A DNA stretch of 64,000 nucleotides from a virus (taxonomy: Duplodnaviria; Caudoviricetes), in the IMG/VR virus record IMGVR_UViG_3300010163_003659, positions 1 through 64,000 of that record; one strand, given 5' to 3'. Under the pieces are notes generated by a model. That model did no database searches. It was not told the DNA's origin and saw only the letters and a program-made list of their open reading frames with translations. Below are positions 19,701 through 29,225 of this stretch, piece after piece. The position numbers and the translations under genes are program-made. The stretch's first letter is position 1; every line of letters starts with the position of its first letter.

Positions 19701-20602
19701 TTGAGGAACACACCATTGTCAATAGCAACATTCTTTCTCTGAAGCCTTGGCTTGAAAAAGAAAAGGAAATACCTGTTGCGCAGGAAAGATATGCCACAGC
19801 ACTTACCAGAGTATCCGAACTTACAGTTGAGATTTCCAATATTGATAATGAAATTGCCGAAAAGCAGGCAGAGGCAGATAAGGAAATACAAGCCATGGCC
19901 GGAATAGAAGAACTCACCGGAATTGTCGCCAAGATGAATGCAGATGTGGATGCCTTTAATTCACTGGTAAAAGAAAAGCAGATGAAAATCGGTGCTTTGC
20001 AACAGAAAGCAGAACAGATTGCCAAGCTGAAAAAAGAGATCGTGGCATTGCAGGAGCGGCAGACGGAGTATGCGAAGGAAACAGCGGATTATGATGTATT
20101 AAAGGTAGCGTTTAGCCAGAGTGGTGTACCCCATCAGATTATACGGTCAATAATTCCGCAGCTGACAGCAACCTCAAATACAATTCTCGGACAAATGACT
20201 GGTGGCAAAATGGGTGTTGAGTTCCGCTTGGAGAGATTGCAGAAGAATGGAAAGGAAAAAGTGTCACTGGATATTTTCATAGAGGAATATGGGAAGTCGG
20301 TACTGCCGTATCTGTCAAAGTCCGGCGGGGAAAAGGTGAAGTCTTCCCTGTCAGTTATCCTTGCACTGGCTGAAATTAAATCATCATCTGCTGGGATCCA
20401 GCTCGGAATGCTCTTTATTGATGAGCCACCTTTCTTGGATGGGGACGGAATTCAGGCATATTGTGACTCGTTGGAAACCATACAGAACAGGTACCCCAAT
20501 ATTAAGATTATGGCAATTACACATGACCCGATGATGAAGGCAAGGTTCCCACAGAGCCTTGATATTGTAAAGACAGACGAAGGAAGCAGGGTGGTTTATT
20601 AG
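16745..20602 (+). CDS. Fused SbcD(Mre11)-SbcC(Rad50) nuclease/ATPase
   Basis: HTADWHLG, SGDVFD, GTPNHD, LGHIH; Walker A GQNGAGKS, Q-loop IMQD, coiled coil, SKSGGE, FIDEP, ITHD. Confidence 0.9.
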   Translation: MIKILHTADWHLGSPRSPMKDGVNLRAEDTKRCLDELVRIARLERPDYVLISGDVFDVGRLLSDRCCEEIITAVHYIRELAEVSKQVVVMRGTPNHDGAGQFNVLGEMFFKFPNVHIVADPMVLSFNDVDIAVLPGFDRGTYRANHPGLSSDEENEVFTQELANIVTGLKAQCEPNKKSVLMAHYTVPGCNTESGQTMMLTQFEPIIPQEALMAAGYDLVALGHIHRPQKILQHDWYYSGAINAMNFNDEGQERGFWIHTDMPFNGWDSRFFKTPIREFITFDFTDTDITAINLGHIDEVAFNYWRYNGAVQDKIVRIHYSCSEENAKAYKMNEALLERTLLEDGAFMLWENLPDRIDEFANRTELIKTTDPEVNLIKYLEEKQVKPEKVQELVLKARPIIAEAEASVTAAANTGTFEPVEIAVKNYRNYVEETFNFEDITFCTINGQNGAGKSSLFMDAIIDCLFEEPREGVIKDDTGKSPWLRNDEKARSGSIMFTFRIGEKKYRVTRTRARSGKGTLNIALFVDGEWKDCSKERYNDTQQEILNILGMDSFTFKSCALIMQDQYGLFLQARPEERVEVLGTLLGLGVYQIMEKIAFDAAKVNGAKGRELKQEIEVHNRTIAEFGKPDEELEMCKTELAGYESSLQAKLAERDQQKLILANQQAAAERRAKLLASITTLQGKKAATEQNRSAQQDIVATSTAILSGKAEIEAKVAEYNELLEKQKELSAGATLYSSKLAELTDLENQIKQLESQLSQLKIKLHGEESRKAALEVPVDETLIRNNVAEYEKYSELLRQMKELQTIWIEAKSNRDKKAYSVDSKKAYINQEIQRLNGKKSDLERRTELLQNSGCSNIDNAECRFLADALDAKKQIPVIENEIAAFEQEQLPLLQGLYADVDEAEKAVASIGYDETLLVEYSTRVQSLAGFPAQLKAIEERANQIALISASIRHIQSNISDCENRLATVKLKAAEVTQERSNYAKAFEEHTIVNSNILSLKPWLEKEKEIPVAQERYATALTRVSELTVEISNIDNEIAEKQAEADKEIQAMAGIEELTGIVAKMNADVDAFNSLVKEKQMKIGALQQKAEQIAKLKKEIVALQERQTEYAKETADYDVLKVAFSQSGVPHQIIRSIIPQLTATSNTILGQMTGGKMGVEFRLERLQKNGKEKVSLDIFIEEYGKSVLPYLSKSGGEKVKSSLSVILALAEIKSSSAGIQLGMLFIDEPPFLDGDGIQAYCDSLETIQNRYPNIKIMAITHDPMMKARFPQSLDIVKTDEGSRVVY

Positions 20603-20612
20603 GAGGTATGGC

Positions 20613-21509
20613 ATGGCGGACAATAAAAAATATTACTATCTGAAACTGAAAGAAGGATTTTTTGAATCAGATGAATTAAAAATCCTGCAGTCTATGCCGG
20701 ATGGATACTTGTATAGTGATATTTTGCTCAAGTTGTATTTAAGGAGCCTCAGTAATGGTGGGCGGTTGATGTATAAAGATGTAATTCCCTATACATCATC
20801 CATTCTTGCAACGTTAACAGGGCATCAGGTAGGTACTGTAGAAAAAGCAGTAGAAACATTAAAACAGTTAGGCCTTATTGAAATTTTGGATAACGGGGCT
20901 ATTTATATGATGGATATTCAAAATTTTATAGGTCAGAGCTCTACTGAAGCAGACAGAAAAAGGGATTACAGAAAGCGGATAGATGCTGAAAAAATGGCTA
21001 TTTGTGATAACTCTTGTGGACAAATGTCCGGACAAACAGTAGGACAAATGTCCAAAGATATAGAGGACAAATCTCCACCAGATATTAGAGATAGAGATAA
21101 GAGTATAGAGAATAGAGATAGAGATAATATAAATACTTTTGCTCAGAGCTCTGGCAACCAGGCCTCTGAACTTCAGGAAGAGCCATTTATCACACTGCAG
21201 CTGAACACAGGGGAAGAGCATCCTGTTTACGACAAGGAGATAAAGGGATGGGAAGAACTGTATCCTGCAGTTGATGTCCGGCAGCAGCTTAGGAGCATGA
21301 AAGGCTGGCTGTTAGCAAATCCGGCTAAACGGAAAACCAGAAGAGGGATTAACCGTTTTATTAATAACTGGCTTTCCAGAAAGCAGGATAGGGGACATGG
21401 AAAATATGATGCAAAGAGCAGTTACCAACAGGTAGCAGGCCAGAGCGGTTATTCACCAGAACTGTTAGAACAGCTGATAAACGAAAGCAGGGGTGATCTA
21501 GGTGGATAA
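20613..21509 (+). CDS. Phage replisome organiser / replication initiator
   Basis: KYYYLKLKEGFF...DGYLYSDILLKLYL N-terminus; C-terminal RFINNWL; internal iterons. Confidence 0.85.
   Translation: MADNKKYYYLKLKEGFFESDELKILQSMPDGYLYSDILLKLYLRSLSNGGRLMYKDVIPYTSSILATLTGHQVGTVEKAVETLKQLGLIEILDNGAIYMMDIQNFIGQSSTEADRKRDYRKRIDAEKMAICDNSCGQMSGQTVGQMSKDIEDKSPPDIRDRDKSIENRDRDNINTFAQSSGNQASELQEEPFITLQLNTGEEHPVYDKEIKGWEELYPAVDVRQQLRSMKGWLLANPAKRKTRRGINRFINNWLSRKQDRGHGKYDAKSSYQQVAGQSGYSPELLEQLINESRGDLGG
21018..21128 (+). repeat. Prophage origin iterons inside the initiator gene
   Basis: GGACAAATGTCC 21018 and 21042, GGACAAACAGTA 21030, GGACAAATCTCC 21065, followed by AGAGAT repeats. Confidence 0.75.
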
Positions 21510-22254
21510 TCTGGAAAGGTATCTTAAGGCGCATCCATCACTGGAACGCAGAAACGCCGCTCTCCCAATGCAATACAATTGTCCTGAGTGTTGTGATACG
21601 GGCTGGATAATGGTTGATGATGGGGGGCACGGAACAGCAAAGAGATGCAAATGTATGGCAGCTGACAGGATTAATGCATTGATAAAACAGAGCGAATTGC
21701 CGGAGGAATTTCTGAACAAAGATTTTAACATGTATGAGGACAGGAACCATCCGCAATTAATTGCGGCAAAAAATAAAGCAGTCAGGTATGTGCATGATTT
21801 CAAGAGGATTGAAAATGAAAGAGGCAATTCCATACTTTTTTGCGGGCAAGTTGGTTCTGGAAAAACGCATTTAGGGACAGCCATATGCAGGCGTTTGATA
21901 GGCAATGGGATAGCAGTCAGGTATATGCCATACCGGAATACTGTTACAAAAATAAAGCAGATTGTGACGGATGAAGCCAGTTATGGCAATGAGCTGGATA
22001 AATATAAAAAATCAAGGGTGTTGTATATTGATGATTTATATAAGGGGAAGCTAACGGATGCAGATATAAATATAATTTATGAATTGGTCAATTACCGCTA
22101 TATGAACCAATTGCCGCTTATTATTACTACAGAAAAAAATATTGCCAGCCTGCTGGATTTTGATGAAGCAATTGCATCCAGAGTCATTGAAATGTGCAGG
22201 GGAAATATTGTGCAGTTTAAGGGGAAGGAACTGAATTACCGCATGATTTTATAA
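21502..22254 (+). CDS. DnaC/IstB-like helicase loader
   Basis: CPECCDTG Zn motif, GQVGSGKT, LYIDDL, SRVIEM. Confidence 0.85.
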   Translation: MDNLERYLKAHPSLERRNAALPMQYNCPECCDTGWIMVDDGGHGTAKRCKCMAADRINALIKQSELPEEFLNKDFNMYEDRNHPQLIAAKNKAVRYVHDFKRIENERGNSILFCGQVGSGKTHLGTAICRRLIGNGIAVRYMPYRNTVTKIKQIVTDEASYGNELDKYKKSRVLYIDDLYKGKLTDADINIIYELVNYRYMNQLPLIITTEKNIASLLDFDEAIASRVIEMCRGNIVQFKGKELNYRMIL

Positions 22255-22357
22255 AAACGAATCTGGTGGAAAAAAGATGGAACCGCAACCACGTTAAAAA
22301 CAGTGGAAAAAGAGCACTTTTATATGTTTTTCTATTTAGATGAAAAGGAGGGCAACT

Positions 22358-23488
22358 ATGGAAATGAAAGGATTTAATGAAAATGAGATTTCCGAACGGA
22401 ATAAAGAAGCTCTGAAGTCTGGAACATGGCAAATGGCAAGGGAAGCAATGAATGCAGAGGTGCAGCATTTTACAGAGGCGCCGGAGATTCAACCTTTCGC
22501 TATAGAGAAAGTAAGTAAAAATGATAATGTCTATGGGGTTGTATGGGGGAATGTTGTCAGGGAATATCTCAAAATGGCATATTCTGGGGAAAATGCGCAG
22601 GCGGATGTTATATCAGATGGCATTACATATAAGGTCTTGAAGCGTGAAGAAGTGACAGCTTTCTATGATGCGGATGGCAACACACTTTTTGATGTGGAAA
22701 ATAAGCGGCTTGAAAAGGAATATGAATGGTTGATGAATGACAACGCGAAAGCAGATGCTGAAATTTCAAAATTAGAGGGGAGCGAAACAGATGTGGCCCA
22801 AAAAGAAAATGCAGAAATGGTTAAAGAAGAAACAGATACGAAAATTGGCGAGGCTTCGAAGACTGGGCATGCAGAGGATGAAAAAGAGGGTTCATCGGCT
22901 GATAAGACAGAAAGTGTGAAGTCCTATAGTAGTGGCGAAGAAAAACTCATTGCAGAAGAAGATGAAATGATTGCTTCTGTAAAGCCAGAGTTCAAAAAGA
23001 TAATGCAGGCACAGATGGACTTGATATTCAAGGAACTGATCAGCTGGACTAAGCAGGATCCGGAGTTTGAGAAAAAAGTTTTGCTTAATCATAAGAGTAT
23101 GAAACGCTGCATGAAATTTTGCGCTGATAAGGCTATGGGGCTTAGAGAACCGTCCGACCAGGAGAAAGCTGCCGCTAGAAACAATAATATTCCAATCATG
23201 ACACCAGTGGGGAGTGACATGCTTTTTGAATGGATTAAGGAATATTATGACAAAGACGATAAGGCAGAGGTTGAAAAAGAGAAAAAGGCGGCTGCAGCTC
23301 AAAAGAAATCTGCTGACCAAAAGAAAGCTGTTGGAAAGAAAAAAGCGGCTTCCAAAGAAACCGTTTCAAAAAAGCAGGAGAAAAAACCTGTGGAAAAGAA
23401 AGAGGATACGAAAGCGGCAGGCTCTCCGAAAAAGCAAGACAAATTTGTAAATGGACAAATTTCCATGTTCGATTTGCTTGATGTATAA
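22358..23488 (+). CDS. Protein with C-terminal PcfK/AcrIIA9-like domain
   Basis: KSMKRCMKFCADKA...DMLFEWIKEYY, Lys-rich tail, GQISMFD; located upstream of PcfJ. Confidence 0.55.
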   Translation: MEMKGFNENEISERNKEALKSGTWQMAREAMNAEVQHFTEAPEIQPFAIEKVSKNDNVYGVVWGNVVREYLKMAYSGENAQADVISDGITYKVLKREEVTAFYDADGNTLFDVENKRLEKEYEWLMNDNAKADAEISKLEGSETDVAQKENAEMVKEETDTKIGEASKTGHAEDEKEGSSADKTESVKSYSSGEEKLIAEEDEMIASVKPEFKKIMQAQMDLIFKELISWTKQDPEFEKKVLLNHKSMKRCMKFCADKAMGLREPSDQEKAAARNNNIPIMTPVGSDMLFEWIKEYYDKDDKAEVEKEKKAAAAQKKSADQKKAVGKKKAASKETVSKKQEKKPVEKKEDTKAAGSPKKQDKFVNGQISMFDLLDV

Positions 23489-23498
23489 GGAGGGCAAC

Positions 23499-24062
23499 AT
23501 GATTAAGGCATATAAGGGATTTAATAAAGATCTGACATGCACGATGGGGCATGGGAGGTTTCAGTATAAAGAAAACGAATGGATGGAGGAGCCAGAAGCG
23601 AACTGTGTGAGGAATGGTTTTCACTGTTGCTACAATCCGCTGGATTGTCTGTCATATTATCTGGATTTCAGCAAATCTACATATTATGTCGTCAATGCTG
23701 ACGGGGATATACATGAGGATGGAAGTGATACTAAAATCGCATGCACCAGAATTAAATTAGTGAAAAAGCTGACAATGGAGGAATTTGTTGCACATGCTCT
23801 GATTTATATGTCGGACCATCCATACCTGAAAACAAATAGCATAGTGAAAAGCGAAAGCGCCTATGGTGAAGCTCGGGATGGTTTTTGGATAGTAAGGGGA
23901 AAGAACCCTAGATGCATGGCGCCGATTGGAACCATTGTTGGCATGGCGCAGGAGGCGATAGACAGTAAGGAAATTGTGGCAATGACAGTTTATAAGGTGG
24001 ATGGGGAAAGTTATCTGCAGGATGTTGCCTATCTGGTAAATGGAGAGGAGGCGGTATCTTGA
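23499..24062 (+). CDS. Conserved phage protein (AYKGF...GFHCC family)
   Basis: KAYKGFNKDLTC...NGFHCCYNPLDCLSYY. Confidence 0.7.
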   Translation: MIKAYKGFNKDLTCTMGHGRFQYKENEWMEEPEANCVRNGFHCCYNPLDCLSYYLDFSKSTYYVVNADGDIHEDGSDTKIACTRIKLVKKLTMEEFVAHALIYMSDHPYLKTNSIVKSESAYGEARDGFWIVRGKNPRCMAPIGTIVGMAQEAIDSKEIVAMTVYKVDGESYLQDVAYLVNGEEAVS

Positions 24063-26206
24063 AAAGGAAACTGATTGAGAAAATACCATGGCAATCTACA
24101 GGAGAGAAAGAAAAAATGTTCGTCGTTGCCAAAGTACATAACATTGGCGGTGAAGACGTACTCATTATTGATTTTGCTCTGGATAAGCCGATAGTTCGGA
24201 TTGCGCTATCGCACAATGATTTTGAAAACTATATACCAGAAGAAAGTCCATGCACAAATGTTCCACGATGGGGAAGGAGGCAATATGACGATTTCCGGCA
24301 TGGCAACGGATTCTATCTTCCTTACAATATGTATCGCAACTGGAAGACACTGGCGGACAGGGAAACGGCCGATACCATTCATCGGTTTGTGTACGGCGAG
24401 GATGATAGGTTTCATACGGATTGGAATTGTGATATCGATCATCTGCAGCGTGAAATTTATTGTTACAAACAAGAGCAGGCAGAGATTCGCCGGTATGAAC
24501 GACTTGAAAAGAAAATGGCTACGGTACCAGAACCGACCGAAGGATTTAAAAACTGGGCAATGACTTTTGTGGAAGAGCATGTAATGTATATGCTGCCATT
24601 CCACAAAAAGAAAACCACAAAGGCAACCTGTTCTGCCTGCCAGAGCGAGCATGAATATGATAAGGGCAAAATACAACCCAAACAAATAATAGCCTGCCCG
24701 TCCTGCGGGGCAGAATGTACAGTTAAGCGAGTGGATTATAAAAACTGCAATCCCATCCCTGGTTATCAATTCAGAAAAGAAGTTCTGTTGTTCCAAAAGA
24801 TTGGTGAGGAATTCTGCGAAAGACATTTCTATGCAACACGATGGGTGGACTTTTCTGGAGAGGAAACTAGACTGACGGAAATAGGGCGCATATTCTATCC
24901 GATTGGAAAGTACAATCCGAGCTGGAATGGAGATCTGACATATGGATTAAGAGGAAAAGGGCGTACGTACTTCAATAAATATAATCCATGGAGCGGCAAG
25001 GAGTTTTGGGATGATAAGAACCTTTCTGGAATGTCAAACATAATCCTTTGTCCTGGTCCAGTCTATCCAAGAACAATAAACAAGAAAATGTTCGAGGGTA
25101 CTAGATATCAGTATTGTGCAATGGAGCTGATTAGAAACGAAAAAGGTTTTACGCCAATCGGCTATTTGGAAAAATTCAATCAAATGCCACAGAAAATGGA
25201 AATGATGGTTAAGACTGGGTTGCTGCGAATGGCACTTGAAATTACCAAATATGAATTCAAAGGCTCCGGAAAACCATGGGAGCAGATGGGGATAACAAAG
25301 AAACATATGAACCGGCTCAGGGATATCAATGGCGGACACAGAGCTTTACTCTGGATGCGTTATGAAGAAGGAACTGGAAAAGCTGTGGATGATGAAACTA
25401 TAAGGTATTTTGAGAGAGAAAAAATCGATCCTGATGATATTGCTTTTATTTCAGACAGGATGTCAGAGCGAAAAATAATGAATTACATCATCCGGCAACG
25501 CAAGCAGCGGAAATCAAAAACCGAAGAGGTGCTGATTCTTTGGAGAGATTATCTGTCAATGGCAATGCGGATGAAAATGGATGTTCAGCAGGAACTTATA
25601 TTTAAGCCGAGGGATGTAAAGAGGGCTCATGATGATTTGGTAAAACTATGCGGCGGCGCCGATGTAGCAAAGCGTGCCGGCGAGATTATTCAAAAGTTCC
25701 CAGATGTGGATGAAATCCTGCAGTCCATCAAAGACAAATATGAGTATATGGATGATCAATACGCTTTGGTCGTACCGGAAAAAATTGAGGGAATTATATA
25801 CGAAGGCAGGAAACTAGGTCATTGTCTCGACAAAAGCGATATTTATTTTGATCGAATCCAGAGGAGAGAATCCTTCATTGTTTTTCTTCGTAAAGCGGAG
25901 GATATCGAAAAACCATATTACACATTGGAGATTGAGCCTGACGGAACAACAAGACAGAAGCGAACCACAGGAGATCGGCAAGACAAAGACTTCCAGGAGG
26001 CAGTGTCATTTATCCGAAAGTGGCAAAGAGAGGTTAAAAAGCGTCTTAATAGGGCGGATAAGGAGCTTGCGGCACAGTCTGCAGAGTTGAGGGAAAAAGA
26101 GTTCGAGGAGCTCCGAAAGAACCAGACAAAGGTGTGGCATGGAGCGTTGGCCGGGAAATTGCTTGTCGATGTTCTTGAAGCGGATTTGATGGTAGCAAAC
26201 GGATAG
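24059..26206 (+). CDS. PcfJ-like protein
   Basis: WRDYLSMA...PRDVKRAHD...EGRKLGHC...IVFLRK...PYYTLE. Confidence 0.85.
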   Translation: MKRKLIEKIPWQSTGEKEKMFVVAKVHNIGGEDVLIIDFALDKPIVRIALSHNDFENYIPEESPCTNVPRWGRRQYDDFRHGNGFYLPYNMYRNWKTLADRETADTIHRFVYGEDDRFHTDWNCDIDHLQREIYCYKQEQAEIRRYERLEKKMATVPEPTEGFKNWAMTFVEEHVMYMLPFHKKKTTKATCSACQSEHEYDKGKIQPKQIIACPSCGAECTVKRVDYKNCNPIPGYQFRKEVLLFQKIGEEFCERHFYATRWVDFSGEETRLTEIGRIFYPIGKYNPSWNGDLTYGLRGKGRTYFNKYNPWSGKEFWDDKNLSGMSNIILCPGPVYPRTINKKMFEGTRYQYCAMELIRNEKGFTPIGYLEKFNQMPQKMEMMVKTGLLRMALEITKYEFKGSGKPWEQMGITKKHMNRLRDINGGHRALLWMRYEEGTGKAVDDETIRYFEREKIDPDDIAFISDRMSERKIMNYIIRQRKQRKSKTEEVLILWRDYLSMAMRMKMDVQQELIFKPRDVKRAHDDLVKLCGGADVAKRAGEIIQKFPDVDEILQSIKDKYEYMDDQYALVVPEKIEGIIYEGRKLGHCLDKSDIYFDRIQRRESFIVFLRKAEDIEKPYYTLEIEPDGTTRQKRTTGDRQDKDFQEAVSFIRKWQREVKKRLNRADKELAAQSAELREKEFEELRKNQTKVWHGALAGKLLVDVLEADLMVANG

Positions 26207-26214
26207 GAGGGCTT

Positions 26215-26403
26215 ATGGAAAAACATAAAACCAAGAATTTACTCCAGAAACTTAATGATGAAGATAGAAATACCCTCTGTTGCCTGCTGATTAAAGCTGG
26301 GTATGCGGTCAGAATCGGTGAGGAGCGTCTTGAAGGCAAGGGGCAGACAATGTATTTTGTTGAATTTTGGGAGGTGGCTGATGATAAAGAAGAGAAAGGC
26401 TAG
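26215..26403 (+). CDS. Hypothetical phage protein
   Basis: LIKAGYAVRIG; AGGAGG RBS. Confidence 0.65.
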   Translation: MEKHKTKNLLQKLNDEDRNTLCCLLIKAGYAVRIGEERLEGKGQTMYFVEFWEVADDKEEKG

Positions 26404-26629
26404 AAAACCTATCACTAGGATAAGGACTTACCTGAAATATGGATTTGTAATAACAGAGCATGAATACCAGCACTGTCCAAGGTGTAATCACATCTTAAAT
26501 GCAGGCCCTAATTATCAACCTAAATACTGTGACCAGTGCGGACAGAAGCTCAATTTCTTCGGAATCAGATGGAAAGAAGATGTGCAATTAGGTTATGCGA
26601 AAAGAGGTGAAGCTTATGAATCGGTCTAA
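26381..26629 (+). CDS. Small Zn-ribbon protein
   Basis: CPRC...YCDQCGQKL; start approximate. Confidence 0.55.
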   Translation: MIKKRKARKPITRIRTYLKYGFVITEHEYQHCPRCNHILNAGPNYQPKYCDQCGQKLNFFGIRWKEDVQLGYAKRGEAYESV

Positions 26630-27683
26630 AATCGAATGGTGCGACCATACATGGAATCCCATTACTGGATGTCGGCATGAATGTCCGTATTGCTATGCAA
26701 GAACCATGGCTGCCAGATTTGCAGGAGATGTGAGACTGAATAAAATGGCTAAGGCAGATTATCAGCTGGTAAAGGCAGAAGACGGATCAGAGGAGATCTA
26801 TTATCTGGAAAAGCCTATGCTGAATGAAACAGGGAAAGCGTTGGTATATCCGTTTGGATTTGAGCCCACATATCACAGATACCGTATGGATACGCTCGAT
26901 AAGTTAAAAATGGGAAACAACATTTTCGTTGGGGCAATGGCAGATGTTTTCGGAGCATGGGTACCGGAAAAATGGATTACAGATATTTTTGATGTATGTA
27001 CGAAGCGGCCGCAACACAATTATATGTTCCTCACAAAGAATGCGGAAAGATATCTGGAATTATATTCAGCAGGGAAGCTTCCGGAAACAGATAATCTGTT
27101 TTATGGGGCAACCATAACGCAAGGCCTGCAGTTAGAAAGAGCCACCAAAGTATTTGTAGAATTGCCAGATAGGTTTCATACATTTTTCAGCATAGAACCT
27201 ATTCTTGAGGATATAGCTGCAAAAGAAATCTGGCAGGAGGCAGTCTTTCAAACGGATTGGATAATCATAGGGGCACAGACAGGCCGGAGTAAAGATAAAG
27301 TGATACCAGAGATGGATTGGATAGAGAAAATTGTGGAAAGTGCGGATGCGGCATGTGGTGTGCCGGTATTTATGAAAGACAGCCTTATTCCAATCATGGG
27401 AGAGCCGGATATGCGGAGAGATTTTCCGAAGCAGCTCCAACACTCCGAGATAAGCCCTAAGATGAAAAAGAAATTGTTTGATGTATGCGCTGAGTGTAAA
27501 GCCCATTTGAAGAAAAGCGAAATGATTACATTGCTGGCAAGGTCAAAACGGGGAGAGCAGCCAAAACAGTTTGGGTTTATGTGCAGGGAGTGTTTTCAGA
27601 AGTATTGTAAAAAGATGGGTTTGGCTGTACCAAAATTGGAAGAAATGATAAGCAGTATTGTTTTAAAAAAGGAGGATGAATAG
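26616..27683 (+). CDS. DUF5131 / phage Gp37-Gp68 radical-SAM-like protein
   Basis: IEWCDHTWNPITGCRHECPYCYA (CxxxCxxC), FLTK, SIEP, WIIIG. Confidence 0.85.
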   Translation: MNRSKIEWCDHTWNPITGCRHECPYCYARTMAARFAGDVRLNKMAKADYQLVKAEDGSEEIYYLEKPMLNETGKALVYPFGFEPTYHRYRMDTLDKLKMGNNIFVGAMADVFGAWVPEKWITDIFDVCTKRPQHNYMFLTKNAERYLELYSAGKLPETDNLFYGATITQGLQLERATKVFVELPDRFHTFFSIEPILEDIAAKEIWQEAVFQTDWIIIGAQTGRSKDKVIPEMDWIEKIVESADAACGVPVFMKDSLIPIMGEPDMRRDFPKQLQHSEISPKMKKKLFDVCAECKAHLKKSEMITLLARSKRGEQPKQFGFMCRECFQKYCKKMGLAVPKLEEMISSIVLKKEDE

Positions 27684-27685
27684 AA

Positions 27686-28318
27686 ATGGCAGAAAACTGT
27701 AAAAAAGAAATTGTGGATTTGTTGGTTAGTACAGGAAGGGAGAATATGGATAAGCTGATTTTACATATGGATGAAAATGGTTTTTTCACATCACCATGTA
27801 GTGGCAGCTATCATCTTGCTTATGAAGGGGGGCTTGCTGAGCATAGCTTGAACGTGTGCAGGGCAGCTTTTAAGCTGTTGGATACACTTGGGCCGGATAT
27901 GCCAAAAGACAGGCAGATACCAAAAGAGTCTGTTATTATTGCATCTATTCTTCATGATTTAGGAAAGATGGGGCAGTTTGGAAAACAGAACTATATTCCA
28001 AATATGTTGAAAGGACGGGCAACGAAAGCAAATCCTCATCCTGAACCTCAGCAATCGGAGAAAAAACCGTTTGTGACCAATCCGGAGTTGCTGTATGTGG
28101 ACCATGAAATCCGGAGCATTCAGATAGCATCACAATTTATTGAACTAAAAGAGGAAGAAAGCTTTGCAATACTCAATCATAACGGAATGTATAGCAATTT
28201 AAGATATGCATATTCCGGAAAGGAAACACCTTTGAATCTGATTATCCATTGGGCTGATATGTGGGCAGCGAGAGTAATTGAGATTGAGGGCATCTATGAT
28301 GATGCCAAGGGGGAGTAA
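27686..28318 (+). CDS. HD-domain phosphohydrolase
   Basis: GGLAEHSLNV, LHDLGK, HWADM. Confidence 0.85.
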   Translation: MAENCKKEIVDLLVSTGRENMDKLILHMDENGFFTSPCSGSYHLAYEGGLAEHSLNVCRAAFKLLDTLGPDMPKDRQIPKESVIIASILHDLGKMGQFGKQNYIPNMLKGRATKANPHPEPQQSEKKPFVTNPELLYVDHEIRSIQIASQFIELKEEESFAILNHNGMYSNLRYAYSGKETPLNLIIHWADMWAARVIEIEGIYDDAKGE

Positions 28319-28390
28319 AACCAGTTTATATGTGAGGAAGTCATTCTAACTAAGCAATTATTTGTTGCGCATAAGGAAAGGAGAGGGACT

Positions 28391-28672
28391 ATGGCGAAAA
28401 GAAGCTGCAGGCGGACAGTAGATGAGAGCAGGATGCATGAAAAGGCTGTAAAAATGCGGAAAATGACGGATGAACAACTGGTGCATTATGTAGAGGACAG
28501 GGTGGAAAAGGCAAGAAGTGAGGGCTTTAATCGTGGGAAGGAACAGAGACAGCCTATCAATATCATGGAGCTTATTAGTGCTATTGGTAATGTAAGAGGC
28601 ATCGGGGAAAGCAAGTTGGCAGATATTAAGGCTATCCTGGAAAAGCATTTGGAGGTGGGAGATGGTGGCTGA
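28391..28672 (+). CDS. Phage protein with C-terminal HhH-like motif
   Basis: AVKMRKMTDEQL; VRGIGESK. Confidence 0.6.
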   Translation: MAKRSCRRTVDESRMHEKAVKMRKMTDEQLVHYVEDRVEKARSEGFNRGKEQRQPINIMELISAIGNVRGIGESKLADIKAILEKHLEVGDGG

Positions 28673-29225
28673 TCCAAGAAGACAGATAATTGGGAGACGA
28701 AGCAAGGCATCCGGGGACGCCTTTGAACGTTGGCTGTCAAATGCCTGTGAGTTTTATCTGCGGAACGGCTGGGCACACATAGAGAAGACACCGGAACCTT
28801 TTCATATTACAGGTAAAGATAAAAACGGAGTTGTCCGGGGATACTACGAGAAAAAGGGACAACCAGACTATAAAGGTATTTTATGTGATGGAACCGGTAT
28901 TATGTTCGAGGCAAAACATACGGATTCTGACAGAATAAATCAGGCTGTTATTACTGACATGCAATGGAAAAGCCTTGATATATATGAAAAATTTGGCGCC
29001 CACTGCTATGTGATGGTATCCTTGGGGCTGATGAAATTTTATAGAGTTCCATGGGATATTTGGAAAAGGATGAAAGAACTGCTTGGCCATAAGTTTATGA
29101 CAGAGCAGGAGCTGGAACCATATAGGCTGTTGGAAAGGCAATGCATAATTCTTATTTTGGAAGGAGTGGAACTAAAAGATGGTTATACAGAAAAAAGAAC
29201 TTGCAGCAAAGATAAACAAAATTAA
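28662..29225 (+). CDS. recU: RecU-family Holliday junction resolvase
   Basis: GDAFE, KTPEP, PDYKG, FEAKHT. Confidence 0.8.
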   Translation: MVADPRRQIIGRRSKASGDAFERWLSNACEFYLRNGWAHIEKTPEPFHITGKDKNGVVRGYYEKKGQPDYKGILCDGTGIMFEAKHTDSDRINQAVITDMQWKSLDIYEKFGAHCYVMVSLGLMKFYRVPWDIWKRMKELLGHKFMTEQELEPYRLLERQCIILILEGVELKDGYTEKRTCSKDKQN

